DNA of 64,000 bases from an uncultured Pseudomonadota bacterium. Its GTDB lineage: Bacteria > Myxococcota_A > Polyangia > Fen-1088. Positions 1 to 8,383 of the stretch are shown piece after piece. The stretch is from the NCBI GenBank assembly GCA_963723305.1, contig CAVRRT010000019.1, positions 8,727 to 72,726 of the forward strand. Direction: 5' to 3'. The notes under the pieces are model-generated. The model saw only the letters and a list, made by a program, of their open reading frames with translations, did no database searches and was not told the DNA's origin. Numbering within the stretch: the stretch's first letter is position 1; each line of letters begins with the position of its first letter. A program made the position numbers and the translations under genes.

Positions 1-666
1 GCTGGGCTTCGCCGCGGACCTGCTGGTGCGCGCCGGCGCCACGGTGATGTTCTCCGAGGTGACCGAGGTGCGCGACGGCATCCATCTGCTGACGCCCGCG
101 CGCGGCAACGCCGAGGTGGCCGCGCGCTGGTCCGCGAGATGGCCTGGTACGACGCCTATCTGGCCCGCGGCGGCGCCGACCGCAGCGCCAACACCACGCC
201 CGGCAACAAGAAGGGCGGCCTGGCCAACATCGTCGAAAAGGCACTGGGCTCGATCGTCAAGTCCGGCACCAGCCCGATCTCGGGGTGCTCGCGCCGGGCG
301 AGCGCGTGCAAAGCAAAGGGCCTGATCTTCGCCGCGACGCCGGCCAGCGATTTCGTCTGCGGCACGCTGCAACTGGCCTCCGGCATGAACCTGCAGGTGT
401 TCACCACCGGCCGCGGCACGCCCTACGGCCTGGCCGCGGCGCCGGTGATCAAGGTCGCGACGCGCACGCGAGCTGGCGCGGCGCTGGCACGATCTGATCG
501 ACTTCGACGCCGGCGGCATCGCCACCGGCGAGGCGACGATCGAGGAGGCCGGCTGGGAGCTGTTCCGCCTGATCCTGGACGTCGCGAGCGGCCGCAAGAA
601 GATCTGGGCCGATCAATGGGGGCTGCACAACGCGCTGGCGCTGTTCAATCCGGCGCCGGTGACGTG
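1..666 (+). pseudogene. altronate/galactarate dehydratase (UxaA/GarD family) C-terminal part; 5'-partial at window edge; reading frame switches at ~120, ~290-320 and ~470
   Basis: Three frames together spell the conserved C-terminal block of this family ([102 protein letters not shown]); the tga stop is at 664-666. Confidence 0.6.
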
Positions 667-685
667 ATCGCCGGTTGCTCGCGCC

Positions 686-1493
686 TTAGCGCCCCCTGAA
701 CCGCGGTTTGCGGCGTTCCAAAAACGCCGCGACGCCTTCCTTGTGATCCTCGGTCATGCTCGCCAGCGCGAACTGGTCGACGTCCATATGGCTGGCGAGA
801 TCGTCGAGCGCGTGTGCCAGCCGATTGACGGTCAGCTTGGTCATCGCAACCGACATCGGCGGCTGCGTCGCGACCTTGGCCGGCAAGCGCCATCGCCGCG
901 TCGAACGCCTTGCCGGGATCGGCCACCTCCTCCACCAGTCCCCATTCGTAGGCTTCGGTCGCCGAGATGCGCTGGTCGGCCAGGATCACCGCCTGCTTGG
1001 TTCGGGCCGGTCCGATCAGATGCAGCATGCGCGGCACGCTCTGCCAGCTCATGTTCATGCCGAGCCCGATCTCGGGCACGCGCATGATGGGCATCGCGCG
1101 CCATGACGCGAAAATCCAGCGCCACCGCCAGCGCCACGCCGCCGCCGATGCAAAAACCCTCGATGGCGCCGATGGTGATCTGCTCCATCTCCTGCCACGC
1201 CCGCGTCAGCCGAGGCCCGAGCTTGAGATGCCGGCGCAGCGCGCCGAGGTCCATGGTCCGCGCGCGACTTTCCCTCGGGATCCTTCAAGATCGAATCCGG
1301 CGCTGAAGGATTTGGCGCCCGTCAGCACCACGACCGAAGTTTCGCCGTCATCCTCAAAGCTGCGCGCGGCATCGGTAAGCTGGCGCAACGCCTCCGGCGA
1401 CAGGGCGTTGATGCCGTCGCCACGGTCGAAACGCACGACCGCGATGCGGCCCTCGGGCCCGAGGCCCTTCTCGATGGTCACAAACTGCGTCAA
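686..1493 (-). CDS. enoyl-CoA hydratase/isomerase (crotonase family); split into four ORF fragments by frameshifts
   Basis: Minus-strand ORFs 1206-1493, 841-1254, 645-1094 and 686-886 together give a crotonase fold from N- to C-terminus ([16 protein letters not shown] ... [15 protein letters not shown] ... [15 protein letters not shown] ... [14 protein letters not shown]). Confidence 0.6.
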
Positions 1494-1534
1494 GCGGAGC
1501 CTCCCTGCCCGTGTTCTTCTTGTTCGTTTCGCGC

Positions 1535-2302
1535 TTACAGATGGCCGCTACGCTCGCGCGCCGGCCTGCCCTCGGGCGCTGGCCACCGGATCGTGGTGCC
1601 GAGCGTGATCCAGTTGGCGTTCTCGCCTGATATGTTGTGGCCGTAGATCAGATCGACCGAGAAAATCTCGTTGGGCCTGTAGCGCACGCCAGTCTGGAAC
1701 CGCGGCCGCACCACGCTTGGAATATCCGACTGGCCGGCCTGGCCAAAGGCCTCGATGGTCCACTGCAAGGTGTCGGTGAACTTCCAGTCGAAGCCGATCC
1801 CGTAGATGAAATAATGCTTGTCGACGGTGCGGTCCCACAGCCAGCCTCCGTTGAGGTTGATACGGGTGACCTCGGACAACCGGAACGTCGCCGGGATCGT
1901 CGCAAACACCGTCTGGTTTTGCCCGGTCAAGGCATCGAACTGGCCGCCGGCCGAGAACGAAAAGCCGAGCTTGCCGACACCCGTCGGCTCCAGGTTCAAC
2001 TTCGCCTTCGGCGCAAAGGTAGTGCTCCAGTCGCCGCCGCTGCGGGCTTCATTGCTGAGCATGCTCAGTTCGACCGGCTTCAACTTGAACGGATCGACCG
2101 CGCAGGACGGGTTGGCGACCATCGAGAAATCCGTGTTGGTCGCTGCCTGCATCCAGCTCTCGACCTTGCAGGAGCCGGTGTCGGAAATATCGGCGGCATC
2201 CACCGCATAGGCGCCGTTGGCCGCCCGAGCGGCTCCGGCCGGAATCCCGGCCAAAATGACCGCAGCCGTTGCAATTCTGATATGCCCTGCCCCGATGCCC
2301 AT
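1535..2302 (-). CDS. outer-membrane beta-barrel protein (MetA-pathway/transporter-like), with a signal peptide
   Basis: Intact 255-aa ORF. The N-terminal signal peptide ends in an AARA-AN cleavage site. The body alternates aromatic and Gly residues in a beta-strand pattern and ends in an aromatic residue. Confidence 0.45.
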   Translation of the reverse strand: MGIGAGHIRIATAAVILAGIPAGAARAANGAYAVDAADISDTGSCKVESWMQAATNTDFSMVANPSCAVDPFKLKPVELSMLSNEARSGGDWSTTFAPKAKLNLEPTGVGKLGFSFSAGGQFDALTGQNQTVFATIPATFRLSEVTRINLNGGWLWDRTVDKHYFIYGIGFDWKFTDTLQWTIEAFGQAGQSDIPSVVRPRFQTGVRYRPNEIFSVDLIYGHNISGENANWITLGTTIRWPAPEGRPARERSGHL

Positions 2303-2364
2303 AGCGGAAACCTAACAGAGTCTTCGCCTCGACATAGCCCGGATTTTGCGACTATCTTTGCGGC

Positions 2365-2562
2365 ATGAGCAACCATGATCACGACCATCACCACCACGAT
2401 CACGACCATTCGGAATTGTCGGAGACCGAGCTGCGCGTGCGCGCGCTGGAGACGATCCTGACCGAGAAAGGCTATGTCGAGCCGGCAGCGCTCGATGCCA
2501 TCATCCAGGCGTATGAGCACGAACGACATGGGCGGAATATTGGGCCTATCCTTGGCTCATGA
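2365..2562 (+). other. 65-aa ORF that is a diverged duplicate of the nitrile hydratase alpha 5' end (His/Asp-rich tract plus first helix), ending in a short out-of-family tail
   Basis: [53 protein letters not shown] matches the NHase alpha N-terminus. The same ~150 nt recurs about 195 bp downstream with roughly 90% identity. Confidence 0.5.
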
Positions 2563-3194
2563 CCAGCCACGATCACGACCATCACGACCACGATCACGAC
2601 CTTCGGAATTGTCCGAGATCGAGCTGCGGGTGCGCGCGCTCGAGACGATCCTGACCGAGAAAGGCTATGTCGATCCGGCGGCGCTCGACGCCATCGTCCA
2701 GACCTACGAGACCAAGATCGGCCCGCACAACGGCGCGCGGGTCGTGGCCAAGGCCTGGACCGATCCCGCCTTCAAGCAGGCGCTGCTGGACGACGCCACC
2801 AAGGCGATCGGCGCGCTGGGTCATGTCAGCCGCGTCGGCGATCACCTGGTCGCCGTCGAGAACACGCCGCAGCGGCACAACATGGTCGTCTGCACGCTGT
2901 GCTCCTGCTACCCCTGGGAAATGCTGGGGCTGCCGCCGGTCTGGTACAAGGCCGCGCCCTATCGCTCCCGCGCGGTCAAGGATCCGCGCGGCGTGCTCGC
3001 CGACTTCGGCGTCAGCCTGCCCAAGGAGACCGAAATCCGGGTCTGGGATTCGACCGCCGAGACGCGCTTCCTGGTGCTGCCGATGCGGCCCGAGGGCACC
3101 GAGGGCTGGAGCGAGGCAGCAACTCGCCGAGCTCGTGACGCGCGACTCGCATGATCGGCACCGGCCTTCCGAAAAGCCGGGAGCGCCGTCATGA
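2559..3194 (+). CDS. nthA: nitrile hydratase alpha subunit, cobalt type (VCTLCSC), with an N-terminal (HD)n tract; frameshifted near 2600 and near 3110
   Basis: The ATG at 2559 gives [14 protein letters not shown]. After a frame switch the sequence continues [45 protein letters not shown] ... [24 protein letters not shown] ... [26 protein letters not shown] ... LAELVTRDS, a near-canonical NHase alpha sequence. The stop overlaps the beta start as TCATGA. Confidence 0.7.
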
Positions 3195-3852
3195 ACGGCG
3201 TGCACGACATGGGCGGCATGGACGGCTTCGGCAAGGTCGAGCCGGAGCCGAACGAGCCGATGTTTCATCACCGAATGGGAAGCTCGCGTGATGGCCATGG
3301 TGCGGGCGATGGGCGCCGCCGGCGCCTTCAACATCGATACGTCCCGGTTCTATCGCGGAGACGATACCGCCCGAGGTCTATCTCGGCAGTTCCTATTACA
3401 AGAAATGGTTCCTTGGCCTCGAAGACCTGCTCGATCGACAAGGGCTACATCGCGGCCGAAGATGTCGCCGCCGGCATGCGGTCCAACCGCCGAAGCCGCT
3501 CAAGCGCGGCAAGTTCGGGGTCGACGACGTCGAGCGCATGATGGTGCGCGGCAAATTCGGCCGCGCGGCGACGGCCCCGGCCAAGTTCAAGCCCGGCGAT
3601 CGGGTGCGCGCCAAGAACATTCACCCCGCCACCCACACCAGGCTGCCGCGCTACGTACGTGGCCACGTCGGCGTGGTCGAGCGCGACCATGGCTGTCATG
3701 TATTCCCGGATACGGCCGCCACCGAATCCGGCGAGAACCCGCAGTGGCTCTACACGGTCGTGTTCGACAGCGTCGAATTGTGGGGCTCGGATGCCGACCC
3801 GACATTGAAAATATCCATCGACGCGTTCGAACCTTACCTGGAGCCGGCGTGA
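3191..3852 (+). CDS. nthB: nitrile hydratase beta subunit; several frameshifts
   Basis: [27 protein letters not shown] at the start. The fragments MVRAMGAAGAFNIDTSRFYR and IDKGYIAAEDVAAGM follow in other frames. The C-terminal SH3-like block KFKPGDRVRAKNIHPATHTRLPRYVRGHVGVVERDHGCHVFPDTAATESGENPQWLYTVVFDSVELWG...FEPYLEPA ends at tga 3850-3852. Confidence 0.7.
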
Positions 3853-4843
3853 TTGAGGCGGCAGCGGCGCGCGCAACGGTCGCGGTGCCGGGAATTCCCC
3901 GCGACGAGGACGGCCCCGTGTTCCGCGAGCCCTGGGCGACGGCACCGGGGGCGCCCAGGTCGCGCTCAAGATCCCGCATCCGCAGCTGGAGAGCGACGTC
4001 GTCTTCTTCGAGCGTTTCAAGCGCGAGGAGGAGATGGGGCAGAAGCTCGATCACCCCAACGTCGTCAAGGTGCTGAAGCCGCGCGAGAAGAGCCGGATGT
4101 ACATCGCCATGGAGTACGTCGACGGACGCTCGCTCCGCAGCATCATCCAGTCGGACGCGCCGCTGCCGATCGCGCGCGCGCTGGACATCGCCCGGCAGGT
4201 CACCGAGGCGCTCGTCTACCTGCACGAAAAGGGGGTCATTCACCGCGACATCAAGCCAGAGAACATTCTCCTCACCGCCGAAGGAAAAGTGAAGATCCTC
4301 GATTTCGGGATCGCGCTCGACGAGTCGAAGCGGCGCCTCACCTGGGCCGGCCTCTCGGCGACGCTCGGCACGCCCGACTACATGGCCCCCGAACAGATCG
4401 GCGGCCGACGCGGCGACGCCCGCACCGACGTCTACGCCGTCGGCACGATGCTGTACGAGATGCTGACCAAGAACCTGCCGTTTTCCAGCGCCAACGCCAA
4501 CGCGCTCCTGCGGGCCAAGGCCAACGAAGATCCCAAGCCGCCGTCGTACTTCGTCCCCAACCTGGACGCCGCGCTGGAGGCGATCATCTTGAAGGCGATC
4601 CAGCGCCTGCCGCGCGATCGCTACGAAAGCGCCGCCGCGCTGCTGGCCGAGCTGCGCGATCCGGCGGCCGCGCTCCAGCGGGCGCCGGACGCCCCGCGCC
4701 CGCCCCGGCGCGGCCTGGCGCGGGCGGTGCGCCGCCTGGGCAAGGTCGCCATCGTGGTCGGCGTGATCGGCGGCCTCGGCGCGCTCATCTATTTCAGCAA
4801 CCATCACGCCGAGCCCCCCTCGGCGGCGCCCGCACAGCACTGA
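3853..4843 (+). CDS. Hanks-type Ser/Thr protein kinase with a C-terminal TM anchor; N-lobe is atypical or frame-disrupted, so the start is uncertain (ORF-track start 3853 vs in-frame ATG 4034)
   Basis: LGDGTGGAQVALKI (Gly-loop and VAIK lysine) lies in the 4034 frame at ~3932-3973 with no start codon between 3857 and 4034 in that frame. HPNVV, HRDIKPEN, DFG and APE are all present. The protein ends in a hydrophobic stretch (VAIVVGVIGGLGALIYF). Confidence 0.65.
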
Positions 4844-4861
4844 CGCAACGGGGAGGTCGTC

Positions 4862-6205
4862 ATGCGAGAAGGTCATCTCGAGATCGCGCTCAATCTCGTC
4901 TGGGTCCTGATGGCCGGGTTCCTGGTGATGTTCATGCAGGTCGGCTTCGCCATGGTCGAGACAGGATTCACGCGCGCCAAGAACGCGGTGAACACCATGG
5001 CGATGAACATCATCGTCTATCCGATAGGTGTTCTCGGTTTCTGGCTCGTCGGCTACGGCCTCATGGAAGGCGGGCTGCCCGGCTGGCCGACGCTGGGCGA
5101 GCCCCTGCGCGGCGCCCACGAGGTCGGCGTCTCGATCGGCGGCCACCACCTGGGCCTCTTCGGCCTCTCCCGCTTCGCGCTGCTCACTGCGCCGCACGAT
5201 CCAGCCAACCTGGCCATGTTCCTGTTCGCCGCGGTCTTCATGGACACGGCCGCCACCATCCCGACCGGCGCGATGGCCGAGCGCTGGCGGTTCGCGTCCT
5301 TTCTCGTTTACGGCCTCTTCATGTCGATGCTGCTCTATCCGCTCTATGGGAACTGGGTCTGGGGTGGAGGTTGGCTCGCCGCCATGGGGACCAACTGGGG
5401 GCTCGGGCATGGTCACGTCGATTTCGCCGGCTCGTCGGTGGTGCACATGACCGGGGGCCTGACCGCGCTGGCTGGCGCCATCGTGCTGGGGCCGCGGGCG
5501 GGGAAGTTTCGTCGCGACGGGACCATCGGCGCGATCCCCGGCCACAACCTGCCGATGTCGGTCATCGGGACGCTGATCCTGGCCTTCGGCTGGTTCGGGT
5601 TCAACGCCGGCTCGACGCTGGCGGGGGGCGATTCACGCATCGCCACCATCGCCGCCAACACCATGCTGGCCTCCAGCGCCGGCGCCTTCACCGCGCTCAT
5701 CTTCGTCTGGTACAGCCTGCGGAAGCCCGACGTGGCCATGGCCTGCAACGGCCTCCTGGGCGGGCTGGTGGCCATCACCGGCCCCTGCGCCTTCGTCAGC
5801 CCGGCGGCGGCGGTCCTCATCGGGCTCATCTCCGGCCTGCTGGTCGTGCGGGCTGTCTCCTGGGTGGAGATGCGCTTTCGCATCGACGATCCGGTCGGTG
5901 CCTTCGCCGTCCACGGCGTGTGCGGCACCTGGGGGGCGCTGTCGCTGGGTCTCTTCGCCGACGGCACGTACGGCAGCGGCTGGAACGGCGTTGCCGGGCC
6001 GGTGCGCGGCCTGCTGTTTGGCGATCCCAGCCAGCTCGTCGCGCAGGTGATCGGCGTCGGAACCAACATCCTGTTCGTCTTTCCGGTGGCGTTTGGATTC
6101 TTCCGTCTCACCGACCGGCTCATCGGCAACCGCGTGAACGCCGAGGTCGAGTTCTCCGGCCTCGACTCGACGGAGATGGGCTCGGAGGCCTACCCTCCGG
6201 GCTGA
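4862..6205 (+). CDS. amt: ammonium transporter (Amt/MEP family)
   Basis: Intact 447-aa ORF with about 11 TM segments and Amt signature regions (GFAMVETGFTRAKN, DFAGSSVVHMTGG, VHGVCGTWGALSLGLFA). Confidence 0.85.
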   Translation: MREGHLEIALNLVWVLMAGFLVMFMQVGFAMVETGFTRAKNAVNTMAMNIIVYPIGVLGFWLVGYGLMEGGLPGWPTLGEPLRGAHEVGVSIGGHHLGLFGLSRFALLTAPHDPANLAMFLFAAVFMDTAATIPTGAMAERWRFASFLVYGLFMSMLLYPLYGNWVWGGGWLAAMGTNWGLGHGHVDFAGSSVVHMTGGLTALAGAIVLGPRAGKFRRDGTIGAIPGHNLPMSVIGTLILAFGWFGFNAGSTLAGGDSRIATIAANTMLASSAGAFTALIFVWYSLRKPDVAMACNGLLGGLVAITGPCAFVSPAAAVLIGLISGLLVVRAVSWVEMRFRIDDPVGAFAVHGVCGTWGALSLGLFADGTYGSGWNGVAGPVRGLLFGDPSQLVAQVIGVGTNILFVFPVAFGFFRLTDRLIGNRVNAEVEFSGLDSTEMGSEAYPPG

Positions 6206-6214
6206 GACGAAAGA

Positions 6215-6294
6215 GCCCCTCCCCCCGAGAAAACCCGAGAGGAGGGGCAAATAACTGCGCGGCGCGGACGGTCGCGGATGGCGCCGTCCGCGCG
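6215..6294. terminator. two GC-rich hairpins between the convergent amt and permease genes; candidate bidirectional terminator
   Basis: GCCCCTCC...GGAGGGGC forms an 8-bp stem at 6215-6248. GCGCGGACGG..CCGTCCGCGC forms a 9-10-bp stem at 6262-6294. Both sit in the 96-bp gap between the two stop codons. No clear U-tract follows either. Confidence 0.35.
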
Positions 6295-6301
6295 CCGACG
6301 A

Positions 6302-8194
6302 CTACACCGAAGCGGGCGAGGTGGCCGGCTTCTCGACGAAGACCGACTTCGACTTCGCCTTGCTGCTGCGCAGGAAGAAGAGCGCGCCGTAGCCGCCCCA
6401 CAAGGCGACGACCCCCAGCGCGATGTACGGCTCCTTCCAGCTCATCCCGGAGACGGCGAACGGCCCGATCAGGTAAAAGAGCATGCACACCAGGTTGGCG
6501 ACCAACCCGAACAGCGGCACGAACATGTGCTTGAAGCCGCTGAAGGTGTGGTGCTCCCGGAAGGCCACGATCGCCGTGATGCAGGTGAGCATGTAGAGCA
6601 GGAAGGTGCCGAAGTTGCTCACCAGCGTGACGATGACCAGCGTGTTCGGCAGCTTGGCGTAGGTCGCCGGGTCCTTGAAGATCCCGATGCTGTACCAGAA
6701 GCCGCTGTACTTCGGGTCGAGCGGCGACGGCGTCGTGCCGCCCAGGTAGAGCGCGACAGTGACGATGCCGATGACCGCCGAGAGCACGGCCAGCGTCCAG
6801 ATCGAGCGGTGCGGCGTCAGCGTCTTGCCGTGCAGCATGCCGAAGTGGCCAGGGACCTCCTCGTCCTTGCCCATCGCGTAGGTCACGCGCGCCCCGGTGC
6901 TGAGGCACGAGAGCGTCGTGCCGATGAGCGCCAGGAACACGGTGAACGCCTGGACCAGCATGAAGGCGCGGCCGGCGGAGTAGCTGCCGAACAGCCAGGT
7001 CCCGACCATCACCATCATGTCGCCGAGAGGCGCGCCGGAAGCGCCGGCGCTGGCGAGCGTGTACCCCTGATTGAGGAAGTAGTTCGCCGCGAAATACTCG
7101 ATCAGGTAGAAGAGGAGCCCCTGAATCGCCAGCGACAAGAGCACCGCGCGCGGGATGTCGCGCTTGGCGTTCTTGGCCTCCTCACCCATCGAGGTGACCG
7201 ACTCGAACCCGACCAGGATCAAGATCGCGATGCAGGCCTGGATGAACACCAGCGAGAACCCGTGCGCCGCCACCACCGACCCGGCGGTCGGATGGAACTG
7301 GAAGTGCGGCGTCAGATCCTTGGGGTGGTCGGCGTCGACCGGCGCCATCGTGGTGCCTTGGTCGGCGGCGTAGCTCAGGATGAATGGGATGGGCTTGCCG
7401 TCCTTCATGTCGGGGACGGGGTTGCCGGCGGCGTCCATCTTGTTCTGAGTGATGACCGCTCCCGTGGCGTCCTTTTTGGGCGCGCCGTTCTCCATCACTG
7501 GTTCTTGCGCGACCTGGAAGTCGACCGGTGTGCCGTTGACCAGCTGCAGGCCCTGCGACCCTTCGGGGTGCTTCACGCGGTAGGAGATCGCCATCACCGA
7601 GAAAACCAAGAGCGCGGTGATCTGGACGATGTTGATCAACATGTTCACGCCGGTCGTCCCGGTCACGCCGCGGAAGGCGATGTAGGCGACGCCCAGCGCG
7701 AACACGACGCAGAACAGGATCATGAACGGCAGGCTGTTGTAGCTCCCGCTGAACGTGTCCGGGAAAAACTGGTTCAGCAGGTAGCCGCTCAGAAGAGCGG
7801 TCACGCCGACCATGCAGCCCGGGTAGACCCAGTAGTAGAGGTGGCTCGCCCAGCCGGTGATGAACTTGGCGATGCGCGCGAACTTGTACGCGTGGGTCTT
7901 GCTGAGGAATGCCTGCTCCGCGAAGAAGTACGACGAGCCCGCGCCTGGATAGAGCTTGGAGAGCTCGGCGTAGCTGATCGCGGTGGCGAAGCAGAGCAAG
8001 AGCGCGGCGACGATGCCGAACCACATTGCCGAGCCCGCCATCGGCGCTCCGTAGAGTGCCTGGATCTGATACGTGAGCCACAAGAACGCGCCGGGCGCGA
8101 TCAGCGCCATCGCGTTGATCGTGAGCCCGGTGAGTCCTAGTGTGGCGCGGCTGGACGGCTGTCCAGCCTCAGCGGATGCTGCTCCTTCTGGCAT
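6302..8194 (-). CDS. APC-superfamily amino acid permease carrying a ~100-aa hydrophilic loop insertion
   Basis: Intact 630-aa ORF with 12 or more hydrophobic segments and a typical APC pattern. A long polar insert (VNGTPVDFQV...HFQFHPTAGS) sits between TM helices. Confidence 0.7.
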   Translation of the reverse strand: MPEGAASAEAGQPSSRATLGLTGLTINAMALIAPGAFLWLTYQIQALYGAPMAGSAMWFGIVAALLLCFATAISYAELSKLYPGAGSSYFFAEQAFLSKTHAYKFARIAKFITGWASHLYYWVYPGCMVGVTALLSGYLLNQFFPDTFSGSYNSLPFMILFCVVFALGVAYIAFRGVTGTTGVNMLINIVQITALLVFSVMAISYRVKHPEGSQGLQLVNGTPVDFQVAQEPVMENGAPKKDATGAVITQNKMDAAGNPVPDMKDGKPIPFILSYAADQGTTMAPVDADHPKDLTPHFQFHPTAGSVVAAHGFSLVFIQACIAILILVGFESVTSMGEEAKNAKRDIPRAVLLSLAIQGLLFYLIEYFAANYFLNQGYTLASAGASGAPLGDMMVMVGTWLFGSYSAGRAFMLVQAFTVFLALIGTTLSCLSTGARVTYAMGKDEEVPGHFGMLHGKTLTPHRSIWTLAVLSAVIGIVTVALYLGGTTPSPLDPKYSGFWYSIGIFKDPATYAKLPNTLVIVTLVSNFGTFLLYMLTCITAIVAFREHHTFSGFKHMFVPLFGLVANLVCMLFYLIGPFAVSGMSWKEPYIALGVVALWGGYGALFFLRSSKAKSKSVFVEKPATSPASV

Positions 8195-8383
8195 GGTGTG
8201 CTCCTCGCATGGTGGTGTTGGGGTGGTGCGAGCAAGCTATCAACGCACGGTAAACGACAGGTTTCGCGCAGCGGAAATGTATGTAACTTGCGCCTATCCC
8301 CGGATACACCGCGGACTTGCGGGCACTCACGGAGCTAAAATCACGCCGAATTTCTGCGCCCGCCGCGGCCCGCGTGGTGAGGA

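Noticed and set aside
3587-5545. 652-aa minus-strand ORF antisense to the kinase and amt genes
   Set aside because: Arg/Gly/Pro-rich low-complexity translation typical of spurious antisense ORFs in ~70% GC DNA. The opposite strand carries strongly supported genes (kinase, amt).
3853-6534. 893-aa plus-strand ORF spanning the kinase and amt region in a different frame
   Set aside because: Alternate-frame read-through of real genes. The translation is Arg/Pro/Gly junk with no domain.
6278-8140. 620-aa plus-strand ORF antisense to the APC permease
   Set aside because: Composition-driven antisense ORF. The permease on the minus strand is intact and convincing.
8195-8383. Lower-GC 190-bp leader upstream of the APC permease examined for a riboswitch or sigma-54 promoter
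   Set aside because: No recognisable riboswitch consensus and no TGGCAC-N5-TTGC match. It is most simply a sigma-70 promoter and 5'UTR with a GAGGAG ribosome-binding site.
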